Notes: generated by a model from the sequence alone, not told the origin. A DNA stretch of 64,000 nucleotides from an uncultured Isosphaeraceae bacterium (GCA_964507445.1 CAZDQF010000003.1:98578-162577), one strand, 5' to 3'. Counted from the first letter of the stretch, positions 28,803-42,774 are shown. A program made the numbers and translations.

Positions 28803-30066
28803 ACTCGTGGCGCAGCGCCTCGATGGGGTCCATGTGGGCGGCCCGGATTGCAGGGTAGAGCCCCGCCAGGATGCCCACCAGGGCCGAGATGCCGAAGGCC
28901 AGCAAGACGCTCTCCGGGGTGATGACCGTCTGAGGATCATCCGGGATCAGCGCCTCGTGGATACGCGTCGCCGCCACGCCGCCGACGATCCCGATCATCC
29001 CGCCGACGACGGAGAGCAGCAGCGTCTCGACCAGGAACTGTAGGGTGATGTCCCGGCGGTGGGCCCCCAACGCACGACGTACGCCGATCTCCCGGGTGCG
29101 CTCCGTGACGCTCGCCAGCATGATGTTCATGATGCCGATGCCCCCCACCAGCAAGCTGATGGCCGCGATGGACCCGAACAGGTTCTTGGATCGACGCGCT
29201 TCCTCTTCGGCCTCGGTAAGCAGCTTGAGGGGAACATCCAGCTCGTAGTCTTCCTTCTTGTGGAAGCGCTTGAGTAACGTCTGGATCGCCTTCGACGTGG
29301 CCAACACGTCGTCCAGATCGCCCACCTGAACGATGAGCTGATGGAGATCCACCTTCTCGATCTCGACGCTGCCGGAGGAGCGTTTGACGTTGCGCTCACC
29401 GAACCGCTCCCGAACGGAGCTGAGAGGGATGTAACCAGCGCGATCCCTGGTCTGGCCCTCGCGCTCGTCGCTGGTCACCGTAGGCGCCAGCTCACCGATG
29501 ACGGTGAAGACCTTGGAACCGATGCGCAACGACTCACCCAGCGACTCTCGATAAAGGAAGATGCGTTGCTTGAGCTCCGCTCCGATGACGATGACGGGCG
29601 CGGAGCGCTCCATCTCCAGTTGGGTGAACCAACGGCCCCGGACCAGCTTCGATCGGGTGATGTCCTGATACTCGGGGATCGTCGCCATGGTGATGGTGTC
29701 GAGGCTGAACTCGTTGCGGTAGATGGTGGCGTTGATGTCCCGGATCGGGACCACCATGTCCACGCTCTCCAGCGACTCCGTGATGGCGTCCAGATCGGCC
29801 CAGGTGAGGCCGTAGGTCACCATCCGGGACCGGCTCTGCGTCTGGTTGTTCTCCTCCGACGGCTTCTTCGCCTTCACCAGGATGTTGGTGGCCCCGCGCG
29901 CACGGATCTTGCGCTGGGTCTCGGCGGAGCGCCCCTCGATGATGGCCAGCATGTAGATCACCGTGCCGACGCCGATGATGATGCCCAGGGCCGTCAGGAA
30001 GGACCGGAGCGGGTGGAGCATGAGGCTCCGCGCTCCCAGCCTCGTGATGCGCCAGAACCGGCTCAC
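28801..30066 (-). CDS. ABC transporter permease, MacB/FtsX family
   Basis: LRSFLTALGIIIGV, GGIGIMNIMLASVTERTREIGVRRALGA, PIEALRHE. Confidence 0.93.
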   Translation of the reverse strand: MSRFWRITRLGARSLMLHPLRSFLTALGIIIGVGTVIYMLAIIEGRSAETQRKIRARGATNILVKAKKPSEENNQTQSRSRMVTYGLTWADLDAITESLESVDMVVPIRDINATIYRNEFSLDTITMATIPEYQDITRSKLVRGRWFTQLEMERSAPVIVIGAELKQRIFLYRESLGESLRIGSKVFTVIGELAPTVTSDEREGQTRDRAGYIPLSSVRERFGERNVKRSSGSVEIEKVDLHQLIVQVGDLDDVLATSKAIQTLLKRFHKKEDYELDVPLKLLTEAEEEARRSKNLFGSIAAISLLVGGIGIMNIMLASVTERTREIGVRRALGAHRRDITLQFLVETLLLSVVGGMIGIVGGVAATRIHEALIPDDPQTVITPESVLLAFGISALVGILAGLYPAIRAAHMDPIEALRHE

Positions 30067-30761
30067 GAGATGTCCTCGTCGCTGAGGATCAGACCGTCCT
30101 TGAACGTGACGATGCGGCGGGCCTGCGCGGCCACGTCATCCTCGTGAGTGACCATGATGATGGTCCGCCCCTCATCGGAGAGGCCCCGCAGCATGTCCAT
30201 GATCTCGACACCGGTGCTGCTGTCCAGGTTCCCGGTGGGTTCGTCCGCCAGGATGATGGTCGGGTTGTTGGCCAGGGCGCGGGCGATGGCGACGCGCTGT
30301 TGCTGCCCACCGGAGAGCTCCGTGGGTCGGTGTCCACCACGGTCGCCAAGTCCGACCCGCTCCGCCAGCTCCACCGCACGGGCGCGGGCCTTGCGGCTGT
30401 TCCAGCCAGCGTAGAACAACGGCACCTCGATGTTCTCCAACACGTTCAACGACGAGATCAGGTTGAACGACTGGAAGATGAAGCCCACCCGCTCGCTGCG
30501 GATGGTGGACAGCTCGTTGTCGTCCATGGTCGCCACGTCCCTGCCTCCGAGGAGGTAGGAGCCGGCGGTGGGTCGATCCAGACACCCGAGCAAGTTCAAC
30601 GCGGTCGACTTGCCCGAACCGGACGGCCCCATGATGGCGACGAAGTCCCCCTCGGTGATGGTCAGGTCAATGCCCGCGAGGGCACGGACCTCCGTGTCTC
30701 CCATCTGGTAGACCCTGGTGACTCCGTCGAACTGGACGACAGCAGGCGCGGCGACGGTCAT
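30063..30761 (-). CDS. ABC transporter ATP-binding protein, MacB/LolD-like
   Basis: [33 protein letters not shown]. Confidence 0.95.
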   Translation of the reverse strand: MTVAAPAVVQFDGVTRVYQMGDTEVRALAGIDLTITEGDFVAIMGPSGSGKSTALNLLGCLDRPTAGSYLLGGRDVATMDDNELSTIRSERVGFIFQSFNLISSLNVLENIEVPLFYAGWNSRKARARAVELAERVGLGDRGGHRPTELSGGQQQRVAIARALANNPTIILADEPTGNLDSSTGVEIMDMLRGLSDEGRTIIMVTHEDDVAAQARRIVTFKDGLILSDEDIS

Positions 30762-32527
30762 CGGTCGCCGCCGCCGCCTCGAGATCGACCACCACGACCT
30801 CCTGCGCCGCGACCGCCGCCGCCCCGGCCCTCGCGCATGCGCTTCATGTACTCCGCCTTCTCTTCGTCCGACATGTTGTTGAAGCGCTCGCGCATCTTCT
30901 TCATCTGCTCGGGCGTCATGTTGCCGAACCCGGAACCCGCGCCGCCCTCCGGACGCGCGCCTGCACGACCGCCAGGTCGGCCCCGCGCACCGCCGGGACC
31001 GCTGCCCTGGTCCTCTGAAGCTGGCACGTCCGACGCCGCCATGAACTCCTTCTCCGCCGGCTTGGGCAGCGCCGGCGCATCGTCGGGTCGAGATAGGTAC
31101 ACCATCTCTCCGAGCTTCAGCCCCGACTTCACGTGGACGAAGCTCTGGTTGTTCATCCCCACTTCGACCTCACGCAGCTCGATCTGGTCGCCGTTGCTGA
31201 CGTAGATGAACGTGCGGGAACCGGACTGGGCGACGCACTGCAGCGGAACCTGCATGACGTCCTTCAGCTCGTCCACCAGGACCTCCACCTGGGCGTGCAT
31301 ACCCGGCTTGATCCCCTCCATGACCTCCTCGAGCTTGACCACCGTCTCGTAGACCTTGAGGTCCGGGTTCATCCAGGAGGACTGGCTGGAAGGCACCAGG
31401 GCCACGCGGGTGACGGTGCCGGGGAACACCGTCCCAGGCAGGGCGTCCACCGTCACCCAGGCGCGCTGGCCGCGCTTCACCTTCTTGATGGAGGACTCGT
31501 GCACGTCCAGCTGCACGATCATGTTAGACAGGTCCGGGATCCGCAGGATCTCCTCCCGCTCCCGCATCTCCTTGCCGAGCGCCACCGGCTCATCGTTCCC
31601 ACGACGGCTCCGCTCACGGGCGTACACCACCAGCCCCGAGGCCGGGGACTTGATGATGCAGTTCTTGATCTGACCCTTGAGCTTCTCGAACTGCTCGGTC
31701 TCGAGCTCGTAGTTCTTCTTCTTGGTGGTGACGATGTCCTGCTTCTGGGCCATGCTGGAGGCGCACTGCTGTGAGACTCGCTCGAAGGCGATCTCCGCCA
31801 CGTCCCAGTCCGACTTGAGCTTCTGCAACTCGTCCTTGCAGGTGAACTCGTTGAAGTGGGTGAGGTTCTTCTCGGCGATGGCCACCCTCTCAACTGCCTT
31901 CTTCTGCCCGAGTTGATCCGCCTCGAGCTGTGTCTTGGGGATGATCTCCTTCTCGAACAACCGCAGGGAGGCCTGGGCCTCGGTCTCGGCCCGCTTCAAC
32001 TCCTCCTTGGAGACCGTGAGGTCCGATTCCAGCTTCTTGCGCTCAAGCGGCAGGGTCCCGTTCAGGTACGCCTCGTAGGCGCGCTTGGCCAGGATGCGCT
32101 TGGTCTCGGCCTCCTTCATGGCCTCCAGGTTCTGCTTCTGCTGGATGGCCAGGTCCTCCTCCGACTGCTTCACGTCGGACTTGGCCCCGTCCACCTTCAA
32201 CTCCTGGGACTGGATCTCCTTCTCGAGACCAGCGCTGTCCAGCTGACAGACCACGTCCCCGACCTTGACGAAGGACCCCTCCTCCACCAGCTCGATGATG
32301 GCGTTCCGCCCTTCCACTTCGCTGCGCACGATCACCGGGCGGCCGGACTCCAGGTCCCCGCCTTCCCGCACGGAGATGCGCAACGGACCAGTCTTGACGG
32401 CGACGAGGTCGGCGTTGCGGGTCGCGTCTTCCGACGAGCCGTCGGCGCAAGCGCTCAGGCAACAGAGGAGGGCGAGCCCGACGGGCCCGAGCCTACTCAC
32501 CGACGAGGAGGTCTCGTGATAACTCAT
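30758..32527 (-). CDS. Periplasmic adaptor (HlyD/MFP) with long coiled coil and Gly/Arg-rich tail
   Basis: Lipobox LSAC; EGSFVKVGDVVCQLD, IKSPASGLVVY, IKPGM; true start may be GTG 32500. Confidence 0.88.
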   Translation of the reverse strand: MSYHETSSSVSRLGPVGLALLCCLSACADGSSEDATRNADLVAVKTGPLRISVREGGDLESGRPVIVRSEVEGRNAIIELVEEGSFVKVGDVVCQLDSAGLEKEIQSQELKVDGAKSDVKQSEEDLAIQQKQNLEAMKEAETKRILAKRAYEAYLNGTLPLERKKLESDLTVSKEELKRAETEAQASLRLFEKEIIPKTQLEADQLGQKKAVERVAIAEKNLTHFNEFTCKDELQKLKSDWDVAEIAFERVSQQCASSMAQKQDIVTTKKKNYELETEQFEKLKGQIKNCIIKSPASGLVVYARERSRRGNDEPVALGKEMREREEILRIPDLSNMIVQLDVHESSIKKVKRGQRAWVTVDALPGTVFPGTVTRVALVPSSQSSWMNPDLKVYETVVKLEEVMEGIKPGMHAQVEVLVDELKDVMQVPLQCVAQSGSRTFIYVSNGDQIELREVEVGMNNQSFVHVKSGLKLGEMVYLSRPDDAPALPKPAEKEFMAASDVPASEDQGSGPGGARGRPGGRAGARPEGGAGSGFGNMTPEQMKKMRERFNNMSDEEKAEYMKRMREGRGGGGRGAGGRGGRSRGGGGDR

Positions 32528-34139
32528 GATTCAGTCCTTCCGCGTTCACCACCAGTGCCCCGGTGTCTCGGAAGAGATCGAGGAACGCGATGCGATAGTT
32601 AACCGTCCTGTCCACCAGATCATTCTCAAACTGAACGAGGGACTCCTGGGCTTCGAGGAAGTCACGGGTGATGGCCCGTCCTTCACGCTGCAGGTCGCGG
32701 GTGTCGCTCACGCGCTTGCGCGCGAGCTCGACCGCGAGCCGGGCGATGCGGTGGTTCTCACTGGCCTGGATCAACCCCCGAAGCGCCGCCCGCACATCCA
32801 GCTTGATCCCCTCCCGAGCGTCCTCCTGGGATCGCAGGGAGACCTCCAGGTTGATCATGGATTGGCGCAGCGCGATGCTCTCCAGGTCACGGTCCAGCCC
32901 CAGGTCCATGTCCAGGGCCGCGGTGTAGGTGCCGTCGTCGTAGCGGTACTTGAGCGGGTTGAGGGTCTTGCTCACAGGGGCCGCCGCCAGGTTCAAGGTC
33001 AGGTCTGGGAGCAGGCCGTTCTCGGCCACGACGACGCGACGACCGGCGTCCGCCACCGAGTCCACCACGTTGCGGAAGTCCAGGCGGTTGGAGAACGCCA
33101 CATCCAACGCCCGTCCCTCACCGACGTCGAACTTCTGCTCCACCAGCCCGTCCAGCAAGGTCAGGTCTTCCTTGCGCACGGTGATGATCAGGTCGACGGG
33201 CAGTCCCAGGAAGTCCTTCAGCGAGTCCAGGGAAGCCTGGTACGTGAGCTTGGCGTTGATCACCCCGACCTCGCCGGACAACTCGGCTTGTCGGTTCTGG
33301 TCGACCTCGACCCGGCTCACCCGGCCCTCCGTGAAGCGCGCCTCCACCTCACGACGAGCGATCTGCAGGTTCCGATAGTTGGCCTCTGCGATGGCGATGC
33401 GCTCGGACTGGGCCAGGGTCCGCAGGTACTGAGTGAGCACCGCGACCCCGTAGGTCTGCTTGTACCGTTCGAAGTTGCGTAACGCATAGAGCGCGTCGCG
33501 ATCCGCCTGGATGAGGTTCTCGTAGGCGATCTCACGCCCCGCGTTGCGCAGGAACGGCAGGCTGATGGAGAGGTTGAGGAACGAGCTGAACCGCTCGCTG
33601 GTGGGCGAGCTGACCACTCGGAGGAAGTCCAGACCCAGGGAGAGGGCGTAAGAGCCCCCGGTCTCCAGCATCTGGGTGACACCGAACTGTGTGTCGGCGT
33701 CGATGGACTCGGAGCCCCGTGTGCTGGCGGCCCCGGTCCCGACCGTCCCGAACGGGCTGGCGCGGAAGTCCTCTCGCTCGGTCATGAGACCGAGGGCTGC
33801 CTGGAAGAGCAGCTCCTTCTGCGCCTGGAACTCGCGGCTGTTCACCGCCGCGACCTCCAGGACCGTGGCCAGATCGAGTCGAAGCGACGCCCCTTCCTTC
33901 ACCAGTCCGGTGGCCGGATCGAGGATCGTGGACATCACCCGGTGCTTCAACGGGTCCACGGAGAACGGTCTCGGCTCCCCGTACACGTCCTCCTGCTTGA
34001 CGCTGACGATGTCGTAGGCCTCGGCGTCGACCTCCGCCACCGCCTCCTCTGGGGAGAGGCAGCCGGAGACGGCGACACACATCGAACCCAGGACCAGCCA
34101 CGAAACCGGTCGGAAACCCTTGATGGTGAACGAGTTCAT
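32493..34139 (-). CDS. TolC-family outer membrane protein
   Basis: Lipobox VSGC; helical OEP-like repeats; heads the MFP-ABC operon. Confidence 0.82.
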   Translation of the reverse strand: MNSFTIKGFRPVSWLVLGSMCVAVSGCLSPEEAVAEVDAEAYDIVSVKQEDVYGEPRPFSVDPLKHRVMSTILDPATGLVKEGASLRLDLATVLEVAAVNSREFQAQKELLFQAALGLMTEREDFRASPFGTVGTGAASTRGSESIDADTQFGVTQMLETGGSYALSLGLDFLRVVSSPTSERFSSFLNLSISLPFLRNAGREIAYENLIQADRDALYALRNFERYKQTYGVAVLTQYLRTLAQSERIAIAEANYRNLQIARREVEARFTEGRVSRVEVDQNRQAELSGEVGVINAKLTYQASLDSLKDFLGLPVDLIITVRKEDLTLLDGLVEQKFDVGEGRALDVAFSNRLDFRNVVDSVADAGRRVVVAENGLLPDLTLNLAAAPVSKTLNPLKYRYDDGTYTAALDMDLGLDRDLESIALRQSMINLEVSLRSQEDAREGIKLDVRAALRGLIQASENHRIARLAVELARKRVSDTRDLQREGRAITRDFLEAQESLVQFENDLVDRTVNYRIAFLDLFRDTGALVVNAEGLNHELSRDLLVGE

Positions 34140-34286
34140 GCGCGCTCACTCTAACCGCTATGGGGATTTGCCAAAGAGCAACCCCAGCTTCTTCAACTCC
34201 AGTTGCTCAACAGACTTGAGACTCCTTGATGTCGCCCCGCGGGCCACGTGGCGCGATCGCCGTGGCAGTCCGATCTCCCCTCGGGC

Positions 34287-35072
34287 TCAGCCGTGCCCGA
34301 CTTCGGTCAGCCGCGGAAACACACGGGCCGTGCTCTCTTCGATCTGGAGAGCCAGGGCCTCCTCGCCCATGCCGGAGAGCTCTGTCACCTTCGACAACCC
34401 CACGAGGAGGTTGGCGGGCTCGTTCCGCACCTCGGCGTCGGGGCCCAGCACCGGGCTGTCAGACTCCAGGAGCAGGGACGTCAACGGCAGACGAGGGACC
34501 AGCTTCTGCTTGACCCGGCTGCGGACCACGGACGGGGGGATGGAGAACGCGATGCCACCCCTCGCGCCTTGTTCCCCGAACACCGCCCGCCCGTCAAAAG
34601 CGTGGAGGCAGGCCCGCCCCACAGCCTCCTCCAACAGGGTGGCGACCGCATGGCGTCCGGCGCCCCGTGAGTGAACCGTCACCGGCAACCGGAGCTCTGT
34701 GGCAAGTCGCAGAAAGCGCCTGAACACATCCCCTTGCCGCGCCCGCGCCCTGTCGTCCCAACAGGGCCGGTGATCCAGTCCGATCTCACCAACGGCGCCG
34801 AGCCGATGGGCCTCGGCTCGCAACAGCCGCTCCACCGCCTCCACCTCCTGGTCGTCCACCAGGGGCGCCCGATCGGGGTGGACCCCGATGGCTGGGACGA
34901 TGAAGTCCGGGTGCCGATCCGCGACCTCCAACACGCGGTGAGCGTCCGCCAGGTCCTCCGCCACCGCCAGCACCGCGACGACGCCGGCGTTCCTCGCGCG
35001 CTCGATCACGGCCTCCCGGTCCTGATCGAACACCGGGTCCTGGATGTGACAATGAGTGTCGTAGAGCCTCAT
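34287..35072 (-). CDS. tatD: TatD-family hydrolase
   Basis: DTHCH, GVHP, VGEIGLD, VHSR, LLESDSP. Confidence 0.88.
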   Translation of the reverse strand: MRLYDTHCHIQDPVFDQDREAVIERARNAGVVAVLAVAEDLADAHRVLEVADRHPDFIVPAIGVHPDRAPLVDDQEVEAVERLLRAEAHRLGAVGEIGLDHRPCWDDRARARQGDVFRRFLRLATELRLPVTVHSRGAGRHAVATLLEEAVGRACLHAFDGRAVFGEQGARGGIAFSIPPSVVRSRVKQKLVPRLPLTSLLLESDSPVLGPDAEVRNEPANLLVGLSKVTELSGMGEEALALQIEESTARVFPRLTEVGHG

Positions 35073-36373
35073 CGGTCCAGGAGGGTCACGGTCTCGACGT
35101 GAGCGGTCCGGGGGAATTGATCCACGGGCACCACCCGACGAACCTGGTAGCCCGCCGCGGTCAGCGCCGGGAGGTCCCTGGTGAGAGTGCCTGGGTCACA
35201 GCTCAGCAACACGATCCGCGGCGCGTCACAACGAGCCAACGCCGCGGTCACCTCCGCGTCCAGACCGCGGCGAGGTGGGTCCAGGACCACCGCATCCCAT
35301 GACGCCGCCGCGAGCAGCACCGGGATCAGCTGGGCGGCGTCCCCCTGGCGCACCTCCACGGCTGCGCGCTGCGACGCGTCGCGCAGCACACCCACCGCCT
35401 CCGGGTTGGATTCAACCGCCACCACGTGCTGAAAGCGATCCGCCAAGGGCAGGGTCAACGCCCCGACCCCCGCGTAGCCCTCGAGACAGCGCGCGCCGCT
35501 GCCGGCACACTCCAGCGCCACCGCGAACAAGCGCTCCGCCGCCGCCGGGTTCACCTGAAAGAAGGTGCGCGGCCCGATCTGGTGGTCGTGACCGGCCACC
35601 CGCTCCGAGACAAAGCGGTCCCCCGCCACATGATGCAGCGCACCAGCGAGGACCGCGTTGCCCGGATCATCGTTCACCAGAAGATGGGCGCCGGACACGA
35701 CCGCGGACTCCTCGAACACGCGACGCGCCAGGGCCTCCCCATCCCCGCCGCGGCCCTCCGAGGTCGCGATGGTCAGCAGGACATGCCCCTTGGCCCTCGA
35801 CAGCCTCGCCACCGCGTAACGAAGCCCCGGGGTGTCGCGGCGTCGATCATCCACCGCAGCGTCCAGCTCCCTGGCCACCTCTACCACGCTTCGAAGCACG
35901 TCACGCAGCGGCTCCGCCAGGATCGGGCAGCCTTCGTTGTCCGTCACCCGGTGGGTCCCGGCGACGTAGGAACCGAGGATGGTCTTCCCCTCACGGCGGG
36001 CGAACACCTGCTTGGCCAGGTGTCGATATCCGAACAGGCCCTCCCCCCGCAGGGTCGGCTCCGGTGAAGGCCCACTCACCGTCGCCACCGCGCCCGCCAC
36101 CCGCCCCGCCTTGAAGCGCTCCTCGTCCGCGAGAGTCGCCTGCAACAGCACGCAACCGGTGCAGTGGAAAGCGTGGGCACAGGTGGTCGGGACACGACCC
36201 GGATCCGCCCGCAAGAGCCGCGCCACCCGCCCCTGGAGGGTGCCCCCGGTGTGCCGATCCACCCGCATGGTGACCCGCTCTCCGGGGTGGGCCTGGGAGA
36301 CCAGCGCCACCCGTCGACCGACGCGGCCGCGACCGCGTCCGTCGTCGTTCCTGTCCTCGATCTCCACCTGCAC
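35069..36373 (-). CDS. RNA m5U methyltransferase, TrmA/RlmD family
   Basis: CAHAFHCTGC 4Fe-4S motif, FFQVN, YAGVG, LDPPRRG, SCDPGTL.RD, DQFPRTAHVE. Confidence 0.88.
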   Translation of the reverse strand: MQVEIEDRNDDGRGRGRVGRRVALVSQAHPGERVTMRVDRHTGGTLQGRVARLLRADPGRVPTTCAHAFHCTGCVLLQATLADEERFKAGRVAGAVATVSGPSPEPTLRGEGLFGYRHLAKQVFARREGKTILGSYVAGTHRVTDNEGCPILAEPLRDVLRSVVEVARELDAAVDDRRRDTPGLRYAVARLSRAKGHVLLTIATSEGRGGDGEALARRVFEESAVVSGAHLLVNDDPGNAVLAGALHHVAGDRFVSERVAGHDHQIGPRTFFQVNPAAAERLFAVALECAGSGARCLEGYAGVGALTLPLADRFQHVVAVESNPEAVGVLRDASQRAAVEVRQGDAAQLIPVLLAAASWDAVVLDPPRRGLDAEVTAALARCDAPRIVLLSCDPGTLTRDLPALTAAGYQVRRVVPVDQFPRTAHVETVTLLDR

Positions 36374-36430
36374 GCTGAGATTCTACGGGGTGACTGGCTT
36401 CCATGGGGCGATCCGCGTACAAGGTGGGCC

Positions 36431-37516
36431 ATGGAAAACCGCAGGGTCGCCATCATGACCGGAGGCGGCGACGCTCCGGGCCTCAACGCCGTGATTCGAG
36501 CCGTGGTAAAGCACGGCGTCACGGAGCTGGGCTGGACCGTCGTCGGCATCGAGGACTCCCTGGATGGACTCCTGGAGCACCCTCGACGGACCCGGGAGAT
36601 CGGGCGAGAGGACGTGCGGGGCATCCTGCGCCTCGGCGGCACCATCCTCGGCACCACCAACCGCGGCGACCCGTTCGCATGGGGCGAATCCACCGAGAAC
36701 CGCGCCCAGGAGGTCAAGCGCGGCCTTGAGGAAATCGGCTGCGAAGGCCTCATCGCCGTCGGTGGCGACGGGACCCTCGGCATCGCCGCTCGACTGCAGC
36801 AGGAGACCGGGCTGAACGTGGTCGGCGTCCCCAAGACCATCGACAATGACATCCCGGGCACCGAGATCACCTTCGGCTTCGACACCGCGGCCTCGTTCGC
36901 TACGGAAGCCGTGGATCGACTCCACGCCACGGCGGAAGCCCACGATCGGGTCATGGTGGTGGAGGTCATGGGCCGCGACACCGGGCACATCGCCATGCAC
37001 GCCGGCATCGCCGGCGGCGCCGACGCCATCCTCATCCCGGAGATCCCGTTCCGCTGGGAGCCCGTGGTGGCCAAGATAAAACGCCGCATGGCGTACCAGA
37101 GGCACTTCTCGGTGGTGGTGGTGGCGGAGGGAGCGAGCCCGGCCGGTGAGGAGCCTATCCGCTCCGCGGCCCCAGGCAGCACCCGGCTCAACCTCGGAGG
37201 CATCGGCCAACGGGTGGCGGAAGAGCTCGCCGTCCGGGCGGGCGTTGAGGCCCGGGCCACCGTCCTGGGGCACCTGCAACGAGGCGGCAACCCCACGTCC
37301 TTCGACCGCATGCTCGCCACCCTCATGGGCAGCCACGCGGTAGAGACCGTTGAAGCCGGCCAGTGGGGTCGCATGGTTGCCCTGGTCAACGGCAAGGTCA
37401 CCACGGTCCCACTCGACCAGGTCATCCACCAACCTGTGCGCAAGGTGGACACCGCCGGATCGCGAGTGCGCGCGGCCAAGGGCATGGGCATCGTCCTCGG
37501 CGACGAAGCGGAGTAA
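36431..37516 (+). CDS. pfkA: 6-phosphofructokinase, ATP-type signature
   Basis: [35 protein letters not shown]. Confidence 0.9.
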   Translation: MENRRVAIMTGGGDAPGLNAVIRAVVKHGVTELGWTVVGIEDSLDGLLEHPRRTREIGREDVRGILRLGGTILGTTNRGDPFAWGESTENRAQEVKRGLEEIGCEGLIAVGGDGTLGIAARLQQETGLNVVGVPKTIDNDIPGTEITFGFDTAASFATEAVDRLHATAEAHDRVMVVEVMGRDTGHIAMHAGIAGGADAILIPEIPFRWEPVVAKIKRRMAYQRHFSVVVVAEGASPAGEEPIRSAAPGSTRLNLGGIGQRVAEELAVRAGVEARATVLGHLQRGGNPTSFDRMLATLMGSHAVETVEAGQWGRMVALVNGKVTTVPLDQVIHQPVRKVDTAGSRVRAAKGMGIVLGDEAE

Positions 37517-37527
37517 CGAGGTCAACG

Positions 37528-38814
37528 ATGAGCGAACGACAACGAGTCGGGATCCTGGTCGGCGGCGGCCCCGCCCCCGGGATCAACAGCGTCATCTCCG
37601 CCGCGGCCATCCGCGGCGCAATCCACGGCTGGGAGGTCCTGGGTCTCCAGAACGGTTTCGAACACCTCATGGCCGGCGACACCGAGCATGTCACCGTGCT
37701 GGAGGAGGAGGGGGTGGGGCAGCTCCACTTCCAGGGTGGCTCCGTTCTGGGCACGTCCCGCGCCAACCCGACACGGGACCCGGCCCTCCTGGCCAAGGCG
37801 CTTGAGTCCCTGCAGCGTCTCCGCGTCGACCACCTCATCACCATAGGAGGCGACGACACGGCGCTGTCCGCCCTGCGCCTCGCCGAAGCCTCCCGGGACC
37901 GCATCAAGGTCGTGCACGTCCCCAAGACCATCGACAACGACCTGGATCTCCCCCCGTCCATCGACACCTTCGGCTACCAGACGGCGCGCTCCGTCGGCGT
38001 CCAGATCGTCCAGAACCTCATGGTGGACGCGCGCACCACCCGACGTTGGTTCTTCCTCATCGCCATGGGGCGCAAGGCCGGTCACCTGGCCCTCGGGATC
38101 GGCAAGGCCTCCGGCGCCACGCTCACCCTGATACCTGAGGAGTTCGGCCCCGCGCTCACGCCGTTCTCGGACGTGGTCGACACCCTCGTCGGGGCCGTCA
38201 TCACCGGCCTCGCGCGCGGACGGCGCGACGGAGTCGCCATCATCGCCGAGGGGGTGGCCTACGGCATCAACCCGCAGGATCTGTCCGGACTCGGAGACGT
38301 GGAGCGAGACGACCACGGGCACATACGCCTCGCGGAGTTCGACACCGGCCGGCTGCTCAAGAGAGAGGTCCGCAAGAGACTGGACGCCCTCGGTCTCTCA
38401 CCCACCATCGTCTCCAAGAACATCGGCTACGAGCTGCGCTGCGCGGCCCCCATCCCGTCCGACCTGGAGTACACCCGGGAGCTGGGATACGCCGCGGCCA
38501 AGTTCCTGACCCAGGGCGGACACGGCGCCATGGTCTCCATCCAGGGCGGTCACTTCGTCCCGGTGCCGTTCGAACAGATGCTCGACCCGGAGTCCGGCCG
38601 CACACGGGTTCGGATGGTCGACATCAACGCCGTCCGATACCGGGTGGCGAGACGCTACATGCACCGCCTCCGACGCTCCGATTTCGAAGACGAGCGGAGG
38701 GTGAACGATCTGGCGGCCACGGCGGGCATCACCCCGGAGGCCTTCCGGGACCGTTTCGAGAAGCTCACCGCCCACGAACCACCCGCCCTGGACTTCATGG
38801 CCGGGGAGGGCTGA
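37528..38814 (+). CDS. pfp: Pyrophosphate-dependent phosphofructokinase
   Basis: GGGPAPGIN, GGDDT, PKTIDNDL, MGRKAGHLAL, GYELRCA. Confidence 0.88.
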   Translation: MSERQRVGILVGGGPAPGINSVISAAAIRGAIHGWEVLGLQNGFEHLMAGDTEHVTVLEEEGVGQLHFQGGSVLGTSRANPTRDPALLAKALESLQRLRVDHLITIGGDDTALSALRLAEASRDRIKVVHVPKTIDNDLDLPPSIDTFGYQTARSVGVQIVQNLMVDARTTRRWFFLIAMGRKAGHLALGIGKASGATLTLIPEEFGPALTPFSDVVDTLVGAVITGLARGRRDGVAIIAEGVAYGINPQDLSGLGDVERDDHGHIRLAEFDTGRLLKREVRKRLDALGLSPTIVSKNIGYELRCAAPIPSDLEYTRELGYAAAKFLTQGGHGAMVSIQGGHFVPVPFEQMLDPESGRTRVRMVDINAVRYRVARRYMHRLRRSDFEDERRVNDLAATAGITPEAFRDRFEKLTAHEPPALDFMAGEG

Positions 38815-38863
38815 CCCCACCCCCGTTTGCACAGAATATCCGCCAGAAAACGGGTTTGTTCAC

Positions 38864-38885
38864 TATGTCATGAAGTTATGATCTA
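38864..38885. promoter_or_regulatory. Putative SahR operator (imperfect palindrome)
   Basis: TATGTCATGAAGTTATGATCTA with core TCAT-N6-ATGA, AT-rich, ~10 bp before the regulator start. Confidence 0.55.
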
Positions 38886-38895
38886 AGGGAGATCC

Positions 38896-42130
<3,235 letters not shown>

Positions 42131-42141
42131 CGCCGACTGGG

Positions 42142-42774
42142 TCAGCCTTCCAGCAGCTTCCTCTGCTCCTGCGCGGCCGTGAGGTGATCCCCAGGCACCT
42201 CCGGGCCGCCGCCGTAGACGTGGTCGAACGCGGCACGGACCTGACGCGCGCAGGCCTCCGGGCTCACGCCCCCCACACCCGTGCCCAGACCGGGAAGCGC
42301 GAGGTGTCGGACGTGGCCGCACACCGGCTCACCAGCGTGATCCCCGAAGGGCATGCGGCCTCGCGTCACCAGGAGCAACACGGCGCGGGCTGCCAGGTAC
42401 GGGTTCACCGTCTCCCCGAGGCAGGTCGGCAACCTCATGGTCGGGGCGGCGATCAACCACGGAACGGACGGGTCCTTGGTGGCCACGATCTCGGCCATCC
42501 CCACCAGGAGTTCTCCGTGGTGACGCACCCGGATCTGATCCTGAAGGCGTCGCTCCAGTCCCTCCCCGAACCGGGTCATGTACACCGCGTCGATCCCGCC
42601 CCGCATGAGGCCGAAGCTGTTGGCAGGGCTGACCATAGCGTCGCACCCGACGTCCAGGATGGAGCCGTGGTGGACCGTGACTCCCGGCAGATCGCCACAG
42701 GACCGGCCCCAGGCGTCCGCCAGGCCCCGTTCCTGGGCCACCAGGGTGACTTGTGCTGTCGGGACGTCCGTCAT
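42142..42774 (-). CDS. Macro domain (Appr-1-p processing) protein
   Basis: DAMVSPANSFGLMRGGIDA, APTMR, PGLGTGVG. Confidence 0.85.
   Translation of the reverse strand: MTDVPTAQVTLVAQERGLADAWGRSCGDLPGVTVHHGSILDVGCDAMVSPANSFGLMRGGIDAVYMTRFGEGLERRLQDQIRVRHHGELLVGMAEIVATKDPSVPWLIAAPTMRLPTCLGETVNPYLAARAVLLLVTRGRMPFGDHAGEPVCGHVRHLALPGLGTGVGGVSPEACARQVRAAFDHVYGGGPEVPGDHLTAAQEQRKLLEG

Noticed and set aside
34287-35072. TatD gene as eboB partner of the EboF-like gene
   Set aside because: About 14 kb away in a different operon and looks like a generic TatD.
42142-42774. Macro-domain gene as antitoxin/defence component
   Set aside because: No adjacent ADP-ribosyltransferase, sirtuin or other defence gene.
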